DNA from: a bacterium
GTDB taxonomy: Bacteria > RBG-13-61-14 > DATKZS01
Direction of reading: 5' to 3'
Assembly: GCA_963674965.2 (NCBI GenBank)
Contig: CAXXFL010000001.1
Span: forward strand, 320,001 to 384,000
DNA length: 64,000 bases
The notes under the pieces: generated by a model
Seen by the model: only the letters and a program-made list of their open reading frames with translations
Told to the model about the DNA's origin: nothing
The model's database searches: none
Program-made: the position numbers and the translations under genes
Shown here: piece by piece, positions 28,551 through 38,414 of the stretch
Layout of the letters: each line of letters begins with the position of its first letter
Numbering within the stretch: position 1 is the first letter of the stretch

Positions 28551-29033
28551 TCATGGCAGATTGTCCAGATCGGTACTCACGCCCGAGAGGCTGGTTTTTT
28601 TAAGTTCCTCCCGCGAGGCCAGTATTTCGAGGGAGGATATCCGGGGAATGTTCCTTATCCGACCTATCGCCTCGGCCACGGTTTTTTCGTCCATGCCATG
28701 GACCATGATGTACACGCACCAGGGGTAGCCGTCCGGGTGAGACCTGTGATAACAGTGGCTCACGGCCTCGATGGCCGCCGCGGCTTCACCCGCCGCCTCG
28801 AGGCCGGCCTCGTCGGTCCGGGCGATAACCATGGCGTTGTGCTCGTAGCCCATGGGCTGGTGGCGGACCGAGGCCGAGAAGCGCCTTACCTTGTTCTCGC
28901 TTATGAGGCGCGAGATACGGGACAATACCTCCTCGACGGTGATCCCGAGCTTCCCCGCCAGGGCGTTGAAAGGCTCGGCCTCAATCTCGAGGCCCTTGGC
29001 CGCCGCGTCGATGAATTCCCTGTCCGTTACCAT
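28551..29033 (-). CDS. ahbB: Siroheme decarboxylase beta subunit (Lrp/AsnC-like)
   Basis: EPFNALAGKLG, VRRFSASVRHQPMGY..NAM, VSHCYHR, YIMVHG, ELKKTS; at the end of the ahb cluster. Confidence 0.85.
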   Translation of the reverse strand: MVTDREFIDAAAKGLEIEAEPFNALAGKLGITVEEVLSRISRLISENKVRRFSASVRHQPMGYEHNAMVIARTDEAGLEAAGEAAAAIEAVSHCYHRSHPDGYPWCVYIMVHGMDEKTVAEAIGRIRNIPRISSLEILASREELKKTSLSGVSTDLDNLP

Positions 29034-29095
29034 GCCGGCTGTTTCCTCTTTCTAGAGCCTCTTGTATAAGTCCCGCTTTGGAGTGCGGCGGCTCG

Positions 29096-30543
29096 TGTAC
29101 AGACCGGAGACATGCTTCACAAGTGTTCGGGCACATAGGTAACATATTTCCTCGCTTGCTCGCGCTCCTGCTATTGACCTATTTTTCCTCGACCTAAGTT
29201 TATCTATGCATCGATCACGTGGCCAGTCAAGGGCGGCGCAGCCGTCCCGCAGGGATTTACCCTTGACGGGCCTCGTGGAGATGCTATCGTCCTCATGGTC
29301 GAGAAAACCTTTTATCACGTTTGCCTCCAGCTATGGTCTCGCAGATCGACGACCATGATCCGTTGGCGGCAGTAATAAACCTCGATCACGCCGTCCACTT
29401 GTGTATTTCGCAAGCCGACCTTTTCACCAACGAAGGCCCGCCCCACTGGATAAAACTCGCCTTTGATTCTAACCGCCCCGCCCGGGTTCACCTTGCAAGT
29501 CGGCCAATCATCCCGATACCAGACTTCGGGCAGAGTCTCGGGATAGGCAAAGGGGCTCATCGCGTAACGGCTGGCCGGCGTGTTCATGTCCAGGGCCTCG
29601 TGGGGACGTTCATGGTTATAGCAGTCGCGAAAACGGTCGAAGGCTTTCTGACAGTCGTTCAGGTCGCCGAAGTTGCGTCCCCTTATCGCCTCCTCCTTAA
29701 GGGTCCGGTTGAACCGCTCGTTCTTGCCCTGGGTCTGGGGATGAAAGGGACGGCCGTGGCTGATGCCGACGCCGAGCCTGATCAGCCAGGCGCTCATGTA
29801 GTTGTAACGCGAGTTCGGCGCGCAGAAGCTCGATCCGTTGTCGGTAAGTATGCGGCTGGGCAGGCCGTAGCGCATGAAGACCGGCGCCAGGCTTGCCCGC
29901 ACGGTGTCCGCCCGTTCGTTGGAGCAGGCGGTGACCGTCAACGCGAACCTGGAGTGGTCGTCCACCACGGTGAGAGGGTGACAGGAACCGGCCGCCGTCG
30001 GAAAATGTCCCTTGAAATCCATCTGCCACAACTGGTTGGGAGCCTCTCGTTCGAAACGCTTCATGGGACCGCGAGCCTTGCGCTGGGCGTCCCGCAGCCT
30101 GCCGTTGCGGTCGAGGATCGCCGTGATCGTGCTCGGCCTTGGCACTTCGTCGTGACCAAGATCGATCAGCCGCCGCTCGATTTTGCGCCCTCCCCAGGTC
30201 GGATGCTCGTCGCGAACCGAAAGCACCAACTGCTCGACCTCCGGGCAAACACGCTGGGGAGATCGCCTGGGACGGCGGGACCTGTCACATGCCCAGTCCT
30301 CTTCACCGCTTTGCCCACGGCTGATCCACTTGTAGCCGGTGCGGCGACTGATACCGAATCGACGGCATAACTCGCTTATGTTGGAACCTGGCTGCATCGC
30401 TAAATAAACAAAATCCTTCCTCTGAGACACTTCGGTAACCTCATTCCATGGCATCTTTCTTCTCCTGTATTGACATACAGAAGAATGTACCAACTGTTAC
30501 CCATGTCTCCGAACACCTGTTACCCATGTCTCCGGTCTGTACA
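29096..30543 (-). mobile_element. IS481-family insertion sequence (1448 bp)
   Basis: Terminal inverted repeats TGTACAGACCGGAGACATG / CATGTCTCCGGTCTGTACA; subterminal repeat CTGTTACCCATGTCTCCG x2; 4-bp flanking direct repeat CTCG (29092-29095, 30544-30547). Confidence 0.92.
29315..30454 (-). CDS. IS481-family DDE transposase
   Basis: MPWNEV start, HTH ISELCRRFGISRRTGYKW, WQMDFKG, DDHSR, LTDNG, PQTQGKNERFNRTLK; frame intact. Confidence 0.93.
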   Translation of the reverse strand: MPWNEVTEVSQRKDFVYLAMQPGSNISELCRRFGISRRTGYKWISRGQSGEEDWACDRSRRPRRSPQRVCPEVEQLVLSVRDEHPTWGGRKIERRLIDLGHDEVPRPSTITAILDRNGRLRDAQRKARGPMKRFEREAPNQLWQMDFKGHFPTAAGSCHPLTVVDDHSRFALTVTACSNERADTVRASLAPVFMRYGLPSRILTDNGSSFCAPNSRYNYMSAWLIRLGVGISHGRPFHPQTQGKNERFNRTLKEEAIRGRNFGDLNDCQKAFDRFRDCYNHERPHEALDMNTPASRYAMSPFAYPETLPEVWYRDDWPTCKVNPGGAVRIKGEFYPVGRAFVGEKVGLRNTQVDGVIEVYYCRQRIMVVDLRDHSWRQT

Positions 30544-30699
30544 CTCGACGCCGCTTTTCTTCCGAGCGGCTTGACGCGAGGCAAGCGGTTTTATTGTGAG
30601 GCCTTGTCAAGCCAAGGCCATAGAAAGCGGTCTCAAGCGACCGCACTCCAAAGTGGCTATGCCGCCAAAAAAAAATGGCTTTTACAAGAAGCTCTCCGC

Positions 30700-31167
30700 T
30701 TAAACCTCGAACTTGACCCCGAGCTTAAAGGATTTTCCCTTGGGCAGGACCCGAACGTCCTGGAGCCCGGCCCGCTCGGTCACCCGCTCGAGCACGGCCG
30801 TACGGGCCTCCTCGTTTTCCGCGATCACCGTGAACCAGAGGTTCCACTCGTGCTCGCGAAGATAGGCGTGCGTGATCTCCGGATAATCCGCCATTATATC
30901 ACGGGCGTCCTCGACCCGCTCCGGCGGAAGCTTGGCCGCCACCAGGGTACCGCTCATGCCCCAGGCCGGATAATTCACGATCGGGCCAAGACGCCGCACC
31001 ACGCCCAGGTCCCACATCCGACGGATACGGGCGATGACCTCGTCCTCGGTCAGCCCGAACTTCCCGCCCAGCGCCTGAAAAGGACGGGGGACAAGCGGGA
31101 CCTCGAGCTGTATCTCGTTAAGTATCTCACGGTCGAGGTCGTCGAGTTTGTCGCCGCTTTGAATCAC
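30700..31167 (-). CDS. ahbA: Siroheme decarboxylase alpha subunit
   Basis: LDDLDREILNEIQ, PRPF, VRRLG, STLVAA-like GTLVAAK, ITHAYLREHEWNLWFT, FKLGVKF. Confidence 0.88.
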   Translation of the reverse strand: MIQSGDKLDDLDREILNEIQLEVPLVPRPFQALGGKFGLTEDEVIARIRRMWDLGVVRRLGPIVNYPAWGMSGTLVAAKLPPERVEDARDIMADYPEITHAYLREHEWNLWFTVIAENEEARTAVLERVTERAGLQDVRVLPKGKSFKLGVKFEV

Positions 31168-31182
31168 CTCGCCTCCTTTTTC

Positions 31183-32253
31183 TTACGTTCCGCCGCCGTG
31201 GGCGCAAAAGGGCTCGGCCGCCAGGTCGTCGCCCGTGACCGCGTAGGCCCTTGCCCGGCAGCCCCCGCAAACCCGGATGTAACCGCAGGCGCCGCAGGCG
31301 CCCTTGTAGCTTTTAAAGTCGCGCAGTTTGGCGAAAAGCTCCGAGCGCTCCCAGATTTCCCTGAAAGAAGCCTCCTTCACGCTCCCGGCCTTGACCGGGT
31401 AATAGCCGCAAGGAAAAACGTCGCCCTTGTAGCTTACGAACACGAAACCAACGCCCGCCAGGCACCCCCTGGTCCGCGCGTTAAGGCCGAAGTGCTCGAC
31501 GTCCACCGGGATGCCGTCCGCCTTGGCCCGCTGCCGTAGTATCCTGTAGTACTGGGGCGCGCAGGTGGGCTTGATCTCCATCTTCTCGTCGCGGTTTTTC
31601 TCGTAGATATAATTGAGGACCCGCTCATAGTCCTCGGTCCCGATCAGTTCCTGGTCGCCCTCGCCGCCCCTGCCGGTGGGCACGAGCATGAAAACGTGCC
31701 AGGCGTCGGCCTCGATCTTTTTGATGAGATTGAAAACGTTTTCCAGGTCGTGAAGGTTCCTTCTCGTGAGGGAGGTGTTGATCTGGACCTTGATTCCCGC
31801 CTCCTTCAGAATCCTCACGCCGCGAAGGCTTGACTCGAAGGCCCCCGGCTGGCGGCGGAAGTCGTCGTGAACCGCGGCCGCCGAGCCGTCCAGACTGATC
31901 GAGCAGGTCTTGACGCCGGACTCGAGAAGCCTCTTGGCGACGCTCTCGTCCACCATGGTGCCGTTGGTGGACACGGCGGCGCGAAGTCCAAGGCCGGTCA
32001 CGAGGGAGGCTATATCGAAGAGGTCCTCCCTCATGAGCGGCTCGCCTCCCGTGAGGATGACGATGGGCGAGGCAAAGGAGGCCACGTTCTCGAAGAGGGT
32101 CTTATACTCGGCCATGGTCATCTCGCCCTCGGGGGCGGAGGCGCCGGCGGTTGCCCGGCAGTGCACGCAGCCCAGGTTGCAGCGCCTGGTCAGCTCGACG
32201 GCCATCACGCGGGGAACAAAGCCCGCCTCGCCATGTTCCTTTCCCGGATGCAT
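31183..32253 (-). CDS. ahbD: AdoMet-dependent heme synthase (radical SAM/SPASM)
   Basis: ELTRRCNLGCVHCRA, FMLVPTGRG, KPTCAPQYYRI, RGCLAG, CGGCRARA. Confidence 0.88.
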   Translation of the reverse strand: MHPGKEHGEAGFVPRVMAVELTRRCNLGCVHCRATAGASAPEGEMTMAEYKTLFENVASFASPIVILTGGEPLMREDLFDIASLVTGLGLRAAVSTNGTMVDESVAKRLLESGVKTCSISLDGSAAAVHDDFRRQPGAFESSLRGVRILKEAGIKVQINTSLTRRNLHDLENVFNLIKKIEADAWHVFMLVPTGRGGEGDQELIGTEDYERVLNYIYEKNRDEKMEIKPTCAPQYYRILRQRAKADGIPVDVEHFGLNARTRGCLAGVGFVFVSYKGDVFPCGYYPVKAGSVKEASFREIWERSELFAKLRDFKSYKGACGACGYIRVCGGCRARAYAVTGDDLAAEPFCAHGGGT

Positions 32254-33239
32254 CAGTCTTTCAGGTATCCTTTTTCCACCGCCTCGGCGGCGTAGTAGGT
32301 AATGATGAGGTCGGCGCCCGCTCGTTTTATCGAGGTCAGGGTCTCGCGTACCATGGCCGCCTCGTCCACCAGGGCGGCCATGGCCGCGTTCTTGATCAGG
32401 CTGTACTCGCCGGAAACGGAATACGCCGCCAGGGGCAGATGAAAATTTTCTCGGACGGCCCGGATGATATCGAGGTAGGAAAGGGCGGGCTTGACCATAA
32501 GGATATCGGCGCCCTCGAGCACGTCCAACTCGACCTCCCTCATGGCCTCCCGGGCGTTGGGCGGGTCCATCTGGTAGGTCTTGCGCGTGCCCTTGAAGTG
32601 GCTCGAGCCGGCCGCGTCCCGGAAGGGCCCGTAAAAGGATGACGCGTACTTGGCGGCGTAGCTCATGATGGCCACGTCCCGGTAGCCCTCATGGTCCAGG
32701 GCCTTTCTTATGGCGCCCACCCTGCCGTCCATCATGTCGGAGGGGGCCACCATGTCCGCCCCCGCCTCGGCGTAGGTAACGGCTATGGCCGAGAGCAGCT
32801 CGAGGGTGGGGTCGTTGTCCACGTCGTCGCCGGACTTGGTGAGTATCCCGCAGTGGCCCGAGTCGGTGTACTCGCAGCAGCAAAGGTCGCAGATGACGCA
32901 AAGCTCGGGGACTTCCCTTTTAATGGCCTTGACCGCCCTCTGGATAAGGCCGTCGCAATCACAAGCCTCCGAGCACATGGGGTCCTTGTTGCCGGTCACT
33001 CCGAAAAGCAGGACCGCGGGTATCCCGAGGTCCCGAACGTTCCGGCATTCCTGGACCAGCAAATCGATGGACAGCCGGTCCTGGCCGGGCATGGACTGGA
33101 TCGGCTCGCGGACCCCCGCGCCCTCCACCGCGAAGAAGGGCATGATCAGGTCCTGGGGCAGGACCCGGGTTTCCCGGACCATCCTTCTTATGGTCTCGGT
33201 CCTTCTCAGTCTTCTCATCCTGACGTCGGGAAATCCCAT
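32253..33239 (-). CDS. hemB: Porphobilinogen synthase
   Basis: RMRRLR, DLCCCEYTDSGHCG, APSDMMDGR, YAAKYASSFYGPFRDAA, MVKPA, YSVSGEY. Confidence 0.96.
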   Translation of the reverse strand: MGFPDVRMRRLRRTETIRRMVRETRVLPQDLIMPFFAVEGAGVREPIQSMPGQDRLSIDLLVQECRNVRDLGIPAVLLFGVTGNKDPMCSEACDCDGLIQRAVKAIKREVPELCVICDLCCCEYTDSGHCGILTKSGDDVDNDPTLELLSAIAVTYAEAGADMVAPSDMMDGRVGAIRKALDHEGYRDVAIMSYAAKYASSFYGPFRDAAGSSHFKGTRKTYQMDPPNAREAMREVELDVLEGADILMVKPALSYLDIIRAVRENFHLPLAAYSVSGEYSLIKNAAMAALVDEAAMVRETLTSIKRAGADLIITYYAAEAVEKGYLKD

Positions 33240-33259
33240 CTTGCTCTCCCTTTTTCGGA

Positions 33260-34438
33260 CTAGTAGGCCTGGCCCGATATCTCCTCCTCCGTGAGGTAGC
33301 AGGCGGGGTCCTCGGCCCAAAGGTCGCCGTACTTGGCCTCGGCCCGGGCCCGGAAGCCTCCGCGGCAGACCTCGAGGAACCGGCACCGGCCGCACTTGCC
33401 CGTCACCAGTTCCTCACGCCGGCGGAGGTCCGCCAAAAAGGAGTTGTCCGGGTCGGTCCATATCTCCTCGAAAGAATTTTTCCGAACGTTCCCGAGGACC
33501 TTGTCGCGCCAGAACTGGTCGGGCGACACGTCGCCGTTCCAGGACACGCAGGAGATGCCCTGGCCCGTGCTCTTGGCCTTGTTGGCCATGATCATCTCCC
33601 GGACCCTGTCGGCCAGCTCGGGCCTGTTCTTCACGCACCACATCCATAAATAAGGCCCGTCGGCGTGGTTGTCCACCGTCAGGACCTCCTTGTCCAGGCC
33701 GGCCTCATGGATGGACAAGGTCCGCTCGATAATAACGTCCATGGTCTCGCGCGTCTGCTCGTGGGTCAGGTCCGCCTCCATGATCTCCGAGCCCCGGCCG
33801 GTATAGACCAGGTGATAGAAGCACACGCGGGGGACTTCCAGTTCGACCAGCAGATCGAGCAGGGCGGGGACTTCCTTATAGTTGTGCTTGGTCAGGGTGA
33901 CGCGAAGACCCGTCCTTATTCCCTCGGCCTGGCAGTGCCCGATGCCCTCGAGAGCCTTTTTCCAGCAGCCCTTGACGCGGCGGAACTTGTCGTGTGTGTC
34001 CTCCATGCCGTCCAGGCTGACCCCCACGTAGCCCATGTTGCAGGTCTTGAGTTCCCGGGCCACCTCCCGCGTGATGAGCGCCCCGTTGGTGGAAAGGGTG
34101 GTCCGCATGCCCCGCTCCTTGGCGCGCCGCATAAGGTCGAACACGTCCTCCCTCATGAGGGGCTCGCCCCCCGAGAAGAGCATCACCGGACAGCCGAAGT
34201 CGGCGCACGAGTCGATCATGGCCATGGCCTCCCCGGTGGAGAGGACGTCGGGGTCCTCCTCCGAGGTGGCGTGGGCGTAGCAGTGGACGCACTTGAGATT
34301 GCAGCGCCGGACGCAGTTATAGACCACGATGGGCCGGTTGAAGGAGGATGGCGTGCGGCGGCCATGTCCCCTCGATCCGTACCTCAGCTCGTCGGAGGGC
34401 TCCTCCTTGTCCACCAAAAGCTTGCTGATCCCAATCAT
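33260..34438 (-). CDS. ahbC: Fe-coproporphyrin synthase (radical SAM, NirJ1-like)
   Basis: MIGISKL, CNLKCVHCY, RVCFYHLVYTGRG, VLTVDNHADG, PDQFW, GGFRARAE, EDPACYL. Confidence 0.9.
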   Translation of the reverse strand: MIGISKLLVDKEEPSDELRYGSRGHGRRTPSSFNRPIVVYNCVRRCNLKCVHCYAHATSEEDPDVLSTGEAMAMIDSCADFGCPVMLFSGGEPLMREDVFDLMRRAKERGMRTTLSTNGALITREVARELKTCNMGYVGVSLDGMEDTHDKFRRVKGCWKKALEGIGHCQAEGIRTGLRVTLTKHNYKEVPALLDLLVELEVPRVCFYHLVYTGRGSEIMEADLTHEQTRETMDVIIERTLSIHEAGLDKEVLTVDNHADGPYLWMWCVKNRPELADRVREMIMANKAKSTGQGISCVSWNGDVSPDQFWRDKVLGNVRKNSFEEIWTDPDNSFLADLRRREELVTGKCGRCRFLEVCRGGFRARAEAKYGDLWAEDPACYLTEEEISGQAY

Positions 34439-35922
34439 GGGCCCTTCCTCGTTTTGCCGACGTAATCGACTATGGCCTTCACCAGGCCGGGTATGGTGTG
34501 CTCCTCAGCCTCGACGGCCGCCTCGAGCCCGTGCTCGCGGAGGGTGGCCGACGTGATCGGGCCGATGCACCCGACCTTGCAGCCCTCGGGCAGACGCGCC
34601 CGCTTCAGGAAATGGTCCACCGTCGAGCTCGAGGTGAAAAGGGCCAGGTCCACGTCGGCCGGAACGTCGATCGCGTCCTCGGCCCCGACCGTCCGGTAGG
34701 CGGGGGCCACGGTCACCTCGGCGCCCCGGGCGGTCAGGCCCTCGGGAAGTATCTCCCGGGCCTCGAGGGCGCGGGGCATAAGCACCCGCTTTCCCGCCAT
34801 GTCCCCGGGAAACATCTCGAGCAGGGACTCGGCCACGAAGCGGGGAGGGATGAGGTCGCTGTTTATCCGGTAGGCCAGAAGCTCCTTGGCCGTCCTCGGC
34901 CCGATGCAGGCGGTGGTCAACCCCGCCAGCGCCCTGGCGTCCAGCCCCAGTTCGGAAAGGCGCCTGAAGAAGGCGGTCACGCCGTTGACGCTGGTGAAGA
35001 CGAGGTAGTCGTAATCCGCCAACGAGCGGATGGCCGCGTCAAGCTCCGAGTATTCGGCCAGCCCCTGAATCTCGATGGCGGGTAAACTGACCACGGCGGC
35101 CCCCAAATCCTCGAGCGCCTCGCGCAGCTCGGCCGACTGGGCGCGGGGCCGGGTGATGAGTATCTTCACGCCGAAAAGGGGGCGGGTCTCGTACCACCTC
35201 AGCTTGTCCGCGTACTTTACAACCTCGCCCACGATGATGATCGCCGGGGGCTTGAGGTCCGCTTCCTTTGCGGCCTGGGCGATGGTCTCGATGGTGCCCG
35301 TCACCACCCGCTGCTCGGGCAGGGTCCCTTTATGCACCAGGGCGACCGGCGTGTCGGGCGGGCGTCCCGACTCGAGAAGGGCCTTGACCACGTTGGGAAG
35401 GTTCTTGATGCCCATGTAGTAAACGAGGGTGTCCGCCTCGAAAGCCGGAATCTCGAGGCCATCCTTGTCGCCCCGCCTGTGCCCGGTGATCAGCGCCAGG
35501 CTGGCCGAGGCGTCCCGATGGGTCACGGGTATGCCCGCGTAAGCCGCCGCCGCCACCCCGGCGGTCACGCCGGGCACGACCTGGAAGGGGACCCCCGCCT
35601 CGGCGCAGGCCTCCGCCTCCTCGCCCCCCCGCCCGAAAACGTAAGGGTCGCCGCCCTTGAGACGAAGCACGTCAACGCCCGTCTTGGCCTTTTCCACGAT
35701 GAGGCGGATGGTCTCGTCCTGGGTCACGTAATGGGTCCCGCCCTCTTTGCCCACGAAGATTTTCTCCGCCTCGGCGGGAAATGTCTCCCTGATCCTGGGG
35801 TCCACCAGTTGGTCGAAAAGGATAAGCCGGGCCCTCCCGATCAGGTCGCGCGCCCGGACCGTAAGCAGCCCCGGGTCGCCGGGACCCGAGCCCACCAGGT
35901 ACACCGTGCCAAAGCCGTTCAT
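34435..35922 (-). CDS. cobA: Fused uroporphyrinogen-III C-methyltransferase / uroporphyrinogen-III synthase (CobA-HemD)
   Basis: VYLVGSGPGDPGLLT, RLKGGDPYVFGRGGEE, then ILITRP, FTSVNGV, CIGPRT, FTSSSTV. Confidence 0.93.
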   Translation of the reverse strand: MNGFGTVYLVGSGPGDPGLLTVRARDLIGRARLILFDQLVDPRIRETFPAEAEKIFVGKEGGTHYVTQDETIRLIVEKAKTGVDVLRLKGGDPYVFGRGGEEAEACAEAGVPFQVVPGVTAGVAAAAYAGIPVTHRDASASLALITGHRRGDKDGLEIPAFEADTLVYYMGIKNLPNVVKALLESGRPPDTPVALVHKGTLPEQRVVTGTIETIAQAAKEADLKPPAIIIVGEVVKYADKLRWYETRPLFGVKILITRPRAQSAELREALEDLGAAVVSLPAIEIQGLAEYSELDAAIRSLADYDYLVFTSVNGVTAFFRRLSELGLDARALAGLTTACIGPRTAKELLAYRINSDLIPPRFVAESLLEMFPGDMAGKRVLMPRALEAREILPEGLTARGAEVTVAPAYRTVGAEDAIDVPADVDLALFTSSSTVDHFLKRARLPEGCKVGCIGPITSATLREHGLEAAVEAEEHTIPGLVKAIVDYVGKTRKGP

Positions 35923-36890
35923 TCGCGGGCCTCCTCGAGGACGTCCCTCGCCCCCTGGGAAAGAAGCATGTCCGCCAGTTCCCTGCCCAGTTCCATCGCC
36001 TTTTCCGCCGGGCCTTTGACCTCGGCCCGGACCACCCTGGCGCCGCTCGGCAGACCCACGGCCCCGGAAAGTATCAGGTCGTCTCCCGAGACCCGGCCCA
36101 TGAAACCGGCCGGCACGCGGCACCCGGCGCCAAGGGCCGACATGGCTTTCCGCTCGGCCGTTGTCTCGGCGCGCGACCCGGCGTGGTCGAGAACCGAGGC
36201 CATGTCCCTGGCCTCGCCCTCGCTTCGGCTCTCGACGGCCAGGGCGCCCTGTCCGGCCGCGGGTGGGAACCTGTCCGGCGGCAGGAGGAAGAGAGCGTGA
36301 TCGCCCAGGTCCACCTCGAGCCGTTTGAGCCCGGCCTCGGCCACCACGATGGCGTCGTAGTCGCCCTCCCCCAGCTTGCGGACCCGCGTGTCCAGGTTGC
36401 CCCGAAGCGGCTGGAACTCGAGCCTGGGAAAGGCGTTCTTGAGAAGGGCCATGCGGCGAAGGCTCGAGGTGCCCACCACCAGCCCCTCCTCGAGTTGGGA
36501 AAGAAAATCCAGGCCGCCGCCGCTTACGCCCAGTCTTTTGGCCGCGTCATCTCTCAGGATGAAGGCGTCCGAGATGGAGGCCCGCTCGGTCACGGCCGCC
36601 AGGGCCAATCCCTCGGGCAAAGAGGTGGGAAGGTCCTTCAAGCTGTGGACCGCCAGGTCGATGCGGCCCTCGAGGAGCGCCCGGTCAAGCTCGGCCGTGA
36701 ATATGCCCTCCCTACCGAAGGCCCCCGGGGAAAGGTCGTGACGGGCGTCGCCCTCCGTCTTGATGATTTCCACCTCGAAGGCCGCCTCGGGCCACCGGGC
36801 CGATAAATCGTCCCTCACCCGGCGCGCCTGCCAAAGCGCCAGCTTGCTCCCTCTCGTTCCTATAACGACTTTTTTCAATCCCTTTTCCAC
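35919..36890 (-). CDS. hemC: Hydroxymethylbilane synthase
   Basis: IGTRGSKLALWQ, AVHSLKDLP, GTSSLRR, LRGNLDTR, PAAGQGAL. Confidence 0.95.
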   Translation of the reverse strand: MEKGLKKVVIGTRGSKLALWQARRVRDDLSARWPEAAFEVEIIKTEGDARHDLSPGAFGREGIFTAELDRALLEGRIDLAVHSLKDLPTSLPEGLALAAVTERASISDAFILRDDAAKRLGVSGGGLDFLSQLEEGLVVGTSSLRRMALLKNAFPRLEFQPLRGNLDTRVRKLGEGDYDAIVVAEAGLKRLEVDLGDHALFLLPPDRFPPAAGQGALAVESRSEGEARDMASVLDHAGSRAETTAERKAMSALGAGCRVPAGFMGRVSGDDLILSGAVGLPSGARVVRAEVKGPAEKAMELGRELADMLLSQGARDVLEEARE

Positions 36891-37134
36891 CGCCGATTAA
36901 TAATCGAGAAAGTCCTCTCGCGGGCTCGAGATATAATTATAACATCCTTGTCCCGATTAGATTAAATCCGAGCGGGGCGATGGCGTTATACATCGAGGAA
37001 GGCGGGACGGACGGTTTTGGGAAAACCGCCCGGGGCCGGCAAGGCCTGATAGGTGGATGGGCAAGACGGCCCGAGGCCGGTGGAAAGATGGGTTACGCCT
37101 GAGGTCTCACGCCTGAGCGCAATGTGGTTTACCT

Positions 37135-38337
37135 CCTAAATCCACCGCCCAAAAAACACAAAACCTCGTTGGTTCCGTAAACACGGGTTATAATGGTGGT
37201 TGTCCAATCCCAAACCATCGCCAACGAGATGAAACGCTTATGGCACAAGGCATCCTTCCTTTCCGCTACGCACAAGACAAGGCAAAAGAACATGGCATGA
37301 CGGCGCTCGCCGGCCTCGGCGTTTTTCTTGACCTCGTCCGCCGCTCGGACTTTTTCAAACACATCGTCCGCCATCTTGACGAGCGGCCCGGAGGCCTGGG
37401 ATTCACGGACCGACAGATGCTCGACGCCTTGGTTCTGCTCAACCTCGCGGGCGGCGATTGCGTTGATGACGTCGCGTTGCTGGAGAAGGACGGCGGGCTT
37501 TGCCGGTTGTATAGAAAGGCCGAGGCGGATGGTTTTTTCGGGCCGAGAGCGGCGGGGCCTTGCCGGCGAGGCCAAGCGGCGGGCGGACAAAACGTGAATG
37601 GGCCGAGGTCCGCTTCATTCCCCACGGGATCAGCCACGAGAAGCATGGCCGCGAATACCGCTACCTGGCTATTCGCGAGCCGCTCCGGCAACCGGCGCTT
37701 CCGGGAATGGAGAACCAGTTGAAACTCCCTTTGCCCACCATGGACTTTGAAGGAGAAACCTATAAGGTCAGAGCGCTGGTGACCAACATATATTGGGAAG
37801 GCGACGCGCTGATTTAATGGAACAACCCGCGCCGCGGCAAGAGCGAGCACGCCCATTGCCATCATCAAGAACGATCAGGCCGGGGGACGGATGCCCTCCG
37901 GTGAGTTCGGTGAGAACGCCGCCTGGTGAATGATCGCGGTCATGGCCTACAACTTTTTCATCATGATCAAACGCCTGGCCTTGGGCGAAGGCTGGATCAG
38001 ACGCGGAATGAAGTCGGTCAGGTCCCATTTTATAAACCTGCCGGCCCGCGTCACGAGCGGGGCGCGGCGGCCCAGGTCCGGCTCTGCCAGGGCCATCCCT
38101 CGCCCGAGGCCTTGATCCGGGCGCGCGCCATGATCGCCGCCTTAGCTTCGGCCTGAAAAGGGCGCGTTAGGAAAACATCCGGGTTTTCAGCGCCGCCTCC
38201 GCGTCTATAATGCAAAAATCATCAGTCTCCTGGGTCCCCGTAAGAAAAAAGCGCCCCTGAAAAGAAACCATATCATTTAAAATTACTACCGGAAGATGGA
38301 AGTCTACGCTTGTCAATAAGTTGGCGGTGGATTTAGG
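37135..38337 (+). mobile_element. Decayed IS1380-family element (1203 bp)
   Basis: Perfect 15-bp terminal inverted repeats CCTAAATCCACCGCC (37135-37149) / GGCGGTGGATTTAGG (38323-38337) around transposase fragments; no clear target duplication. Confidence 0.8.
37240..38156 (+). pseudogene. IS1380-family transposase pseudogene
   Basis: Fragments in different frames: MAQGILPF...MTALAGL...LNLAGGDCVDD; EWAEV...YRYLAIRE...LVTN; RGKSEHAH; MPSGEFGENAAW*; MAYN...FINLPARV. Frameshifts, in-frame stops and an apparent internal deletion. Confidence 0.78.
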
Positions 38338-38414
38338 CTTTTCATTTGCATTTGCCCCCCTGGCCGATAAAATAAACCCTTGCTCCCGATCATGTCAGAG
38401 TAAAGGTAATTAAT

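Larger units (their letters stand above)
29076..30653. repeat. REP-like inverted pair (CTTTGGAGTGCGG...CCGCTTT), left copy split by the IS481 element
   Basis: Removing the IS rebuilds CTTTGGAGTGCGGCGGCTCGACGCCGCTTTTCT (29076-29095 + 30548-30560); inverted partner at 30622-30653 reads CTTTGGAGTGCGGTCGCTTGAGACCGCTTTCT on the minus strand. Confidence 0.75.

Noticed and set aside
29052-29318. 88-aa ORF downstream of the IS481 transposase as a passenger gene
   Set aside because: Runs across the IS terminal repeat into host DNA and has no motifs.
30494-30543. Tandem CTGTTACCCATGTCTCCG repeats resembling a mini-CRISPR
   Set aside because: Only two copies with a 5-bp gap; they are subterminal transposase-binding repeats of the IS481 end, and no cas genes are present.
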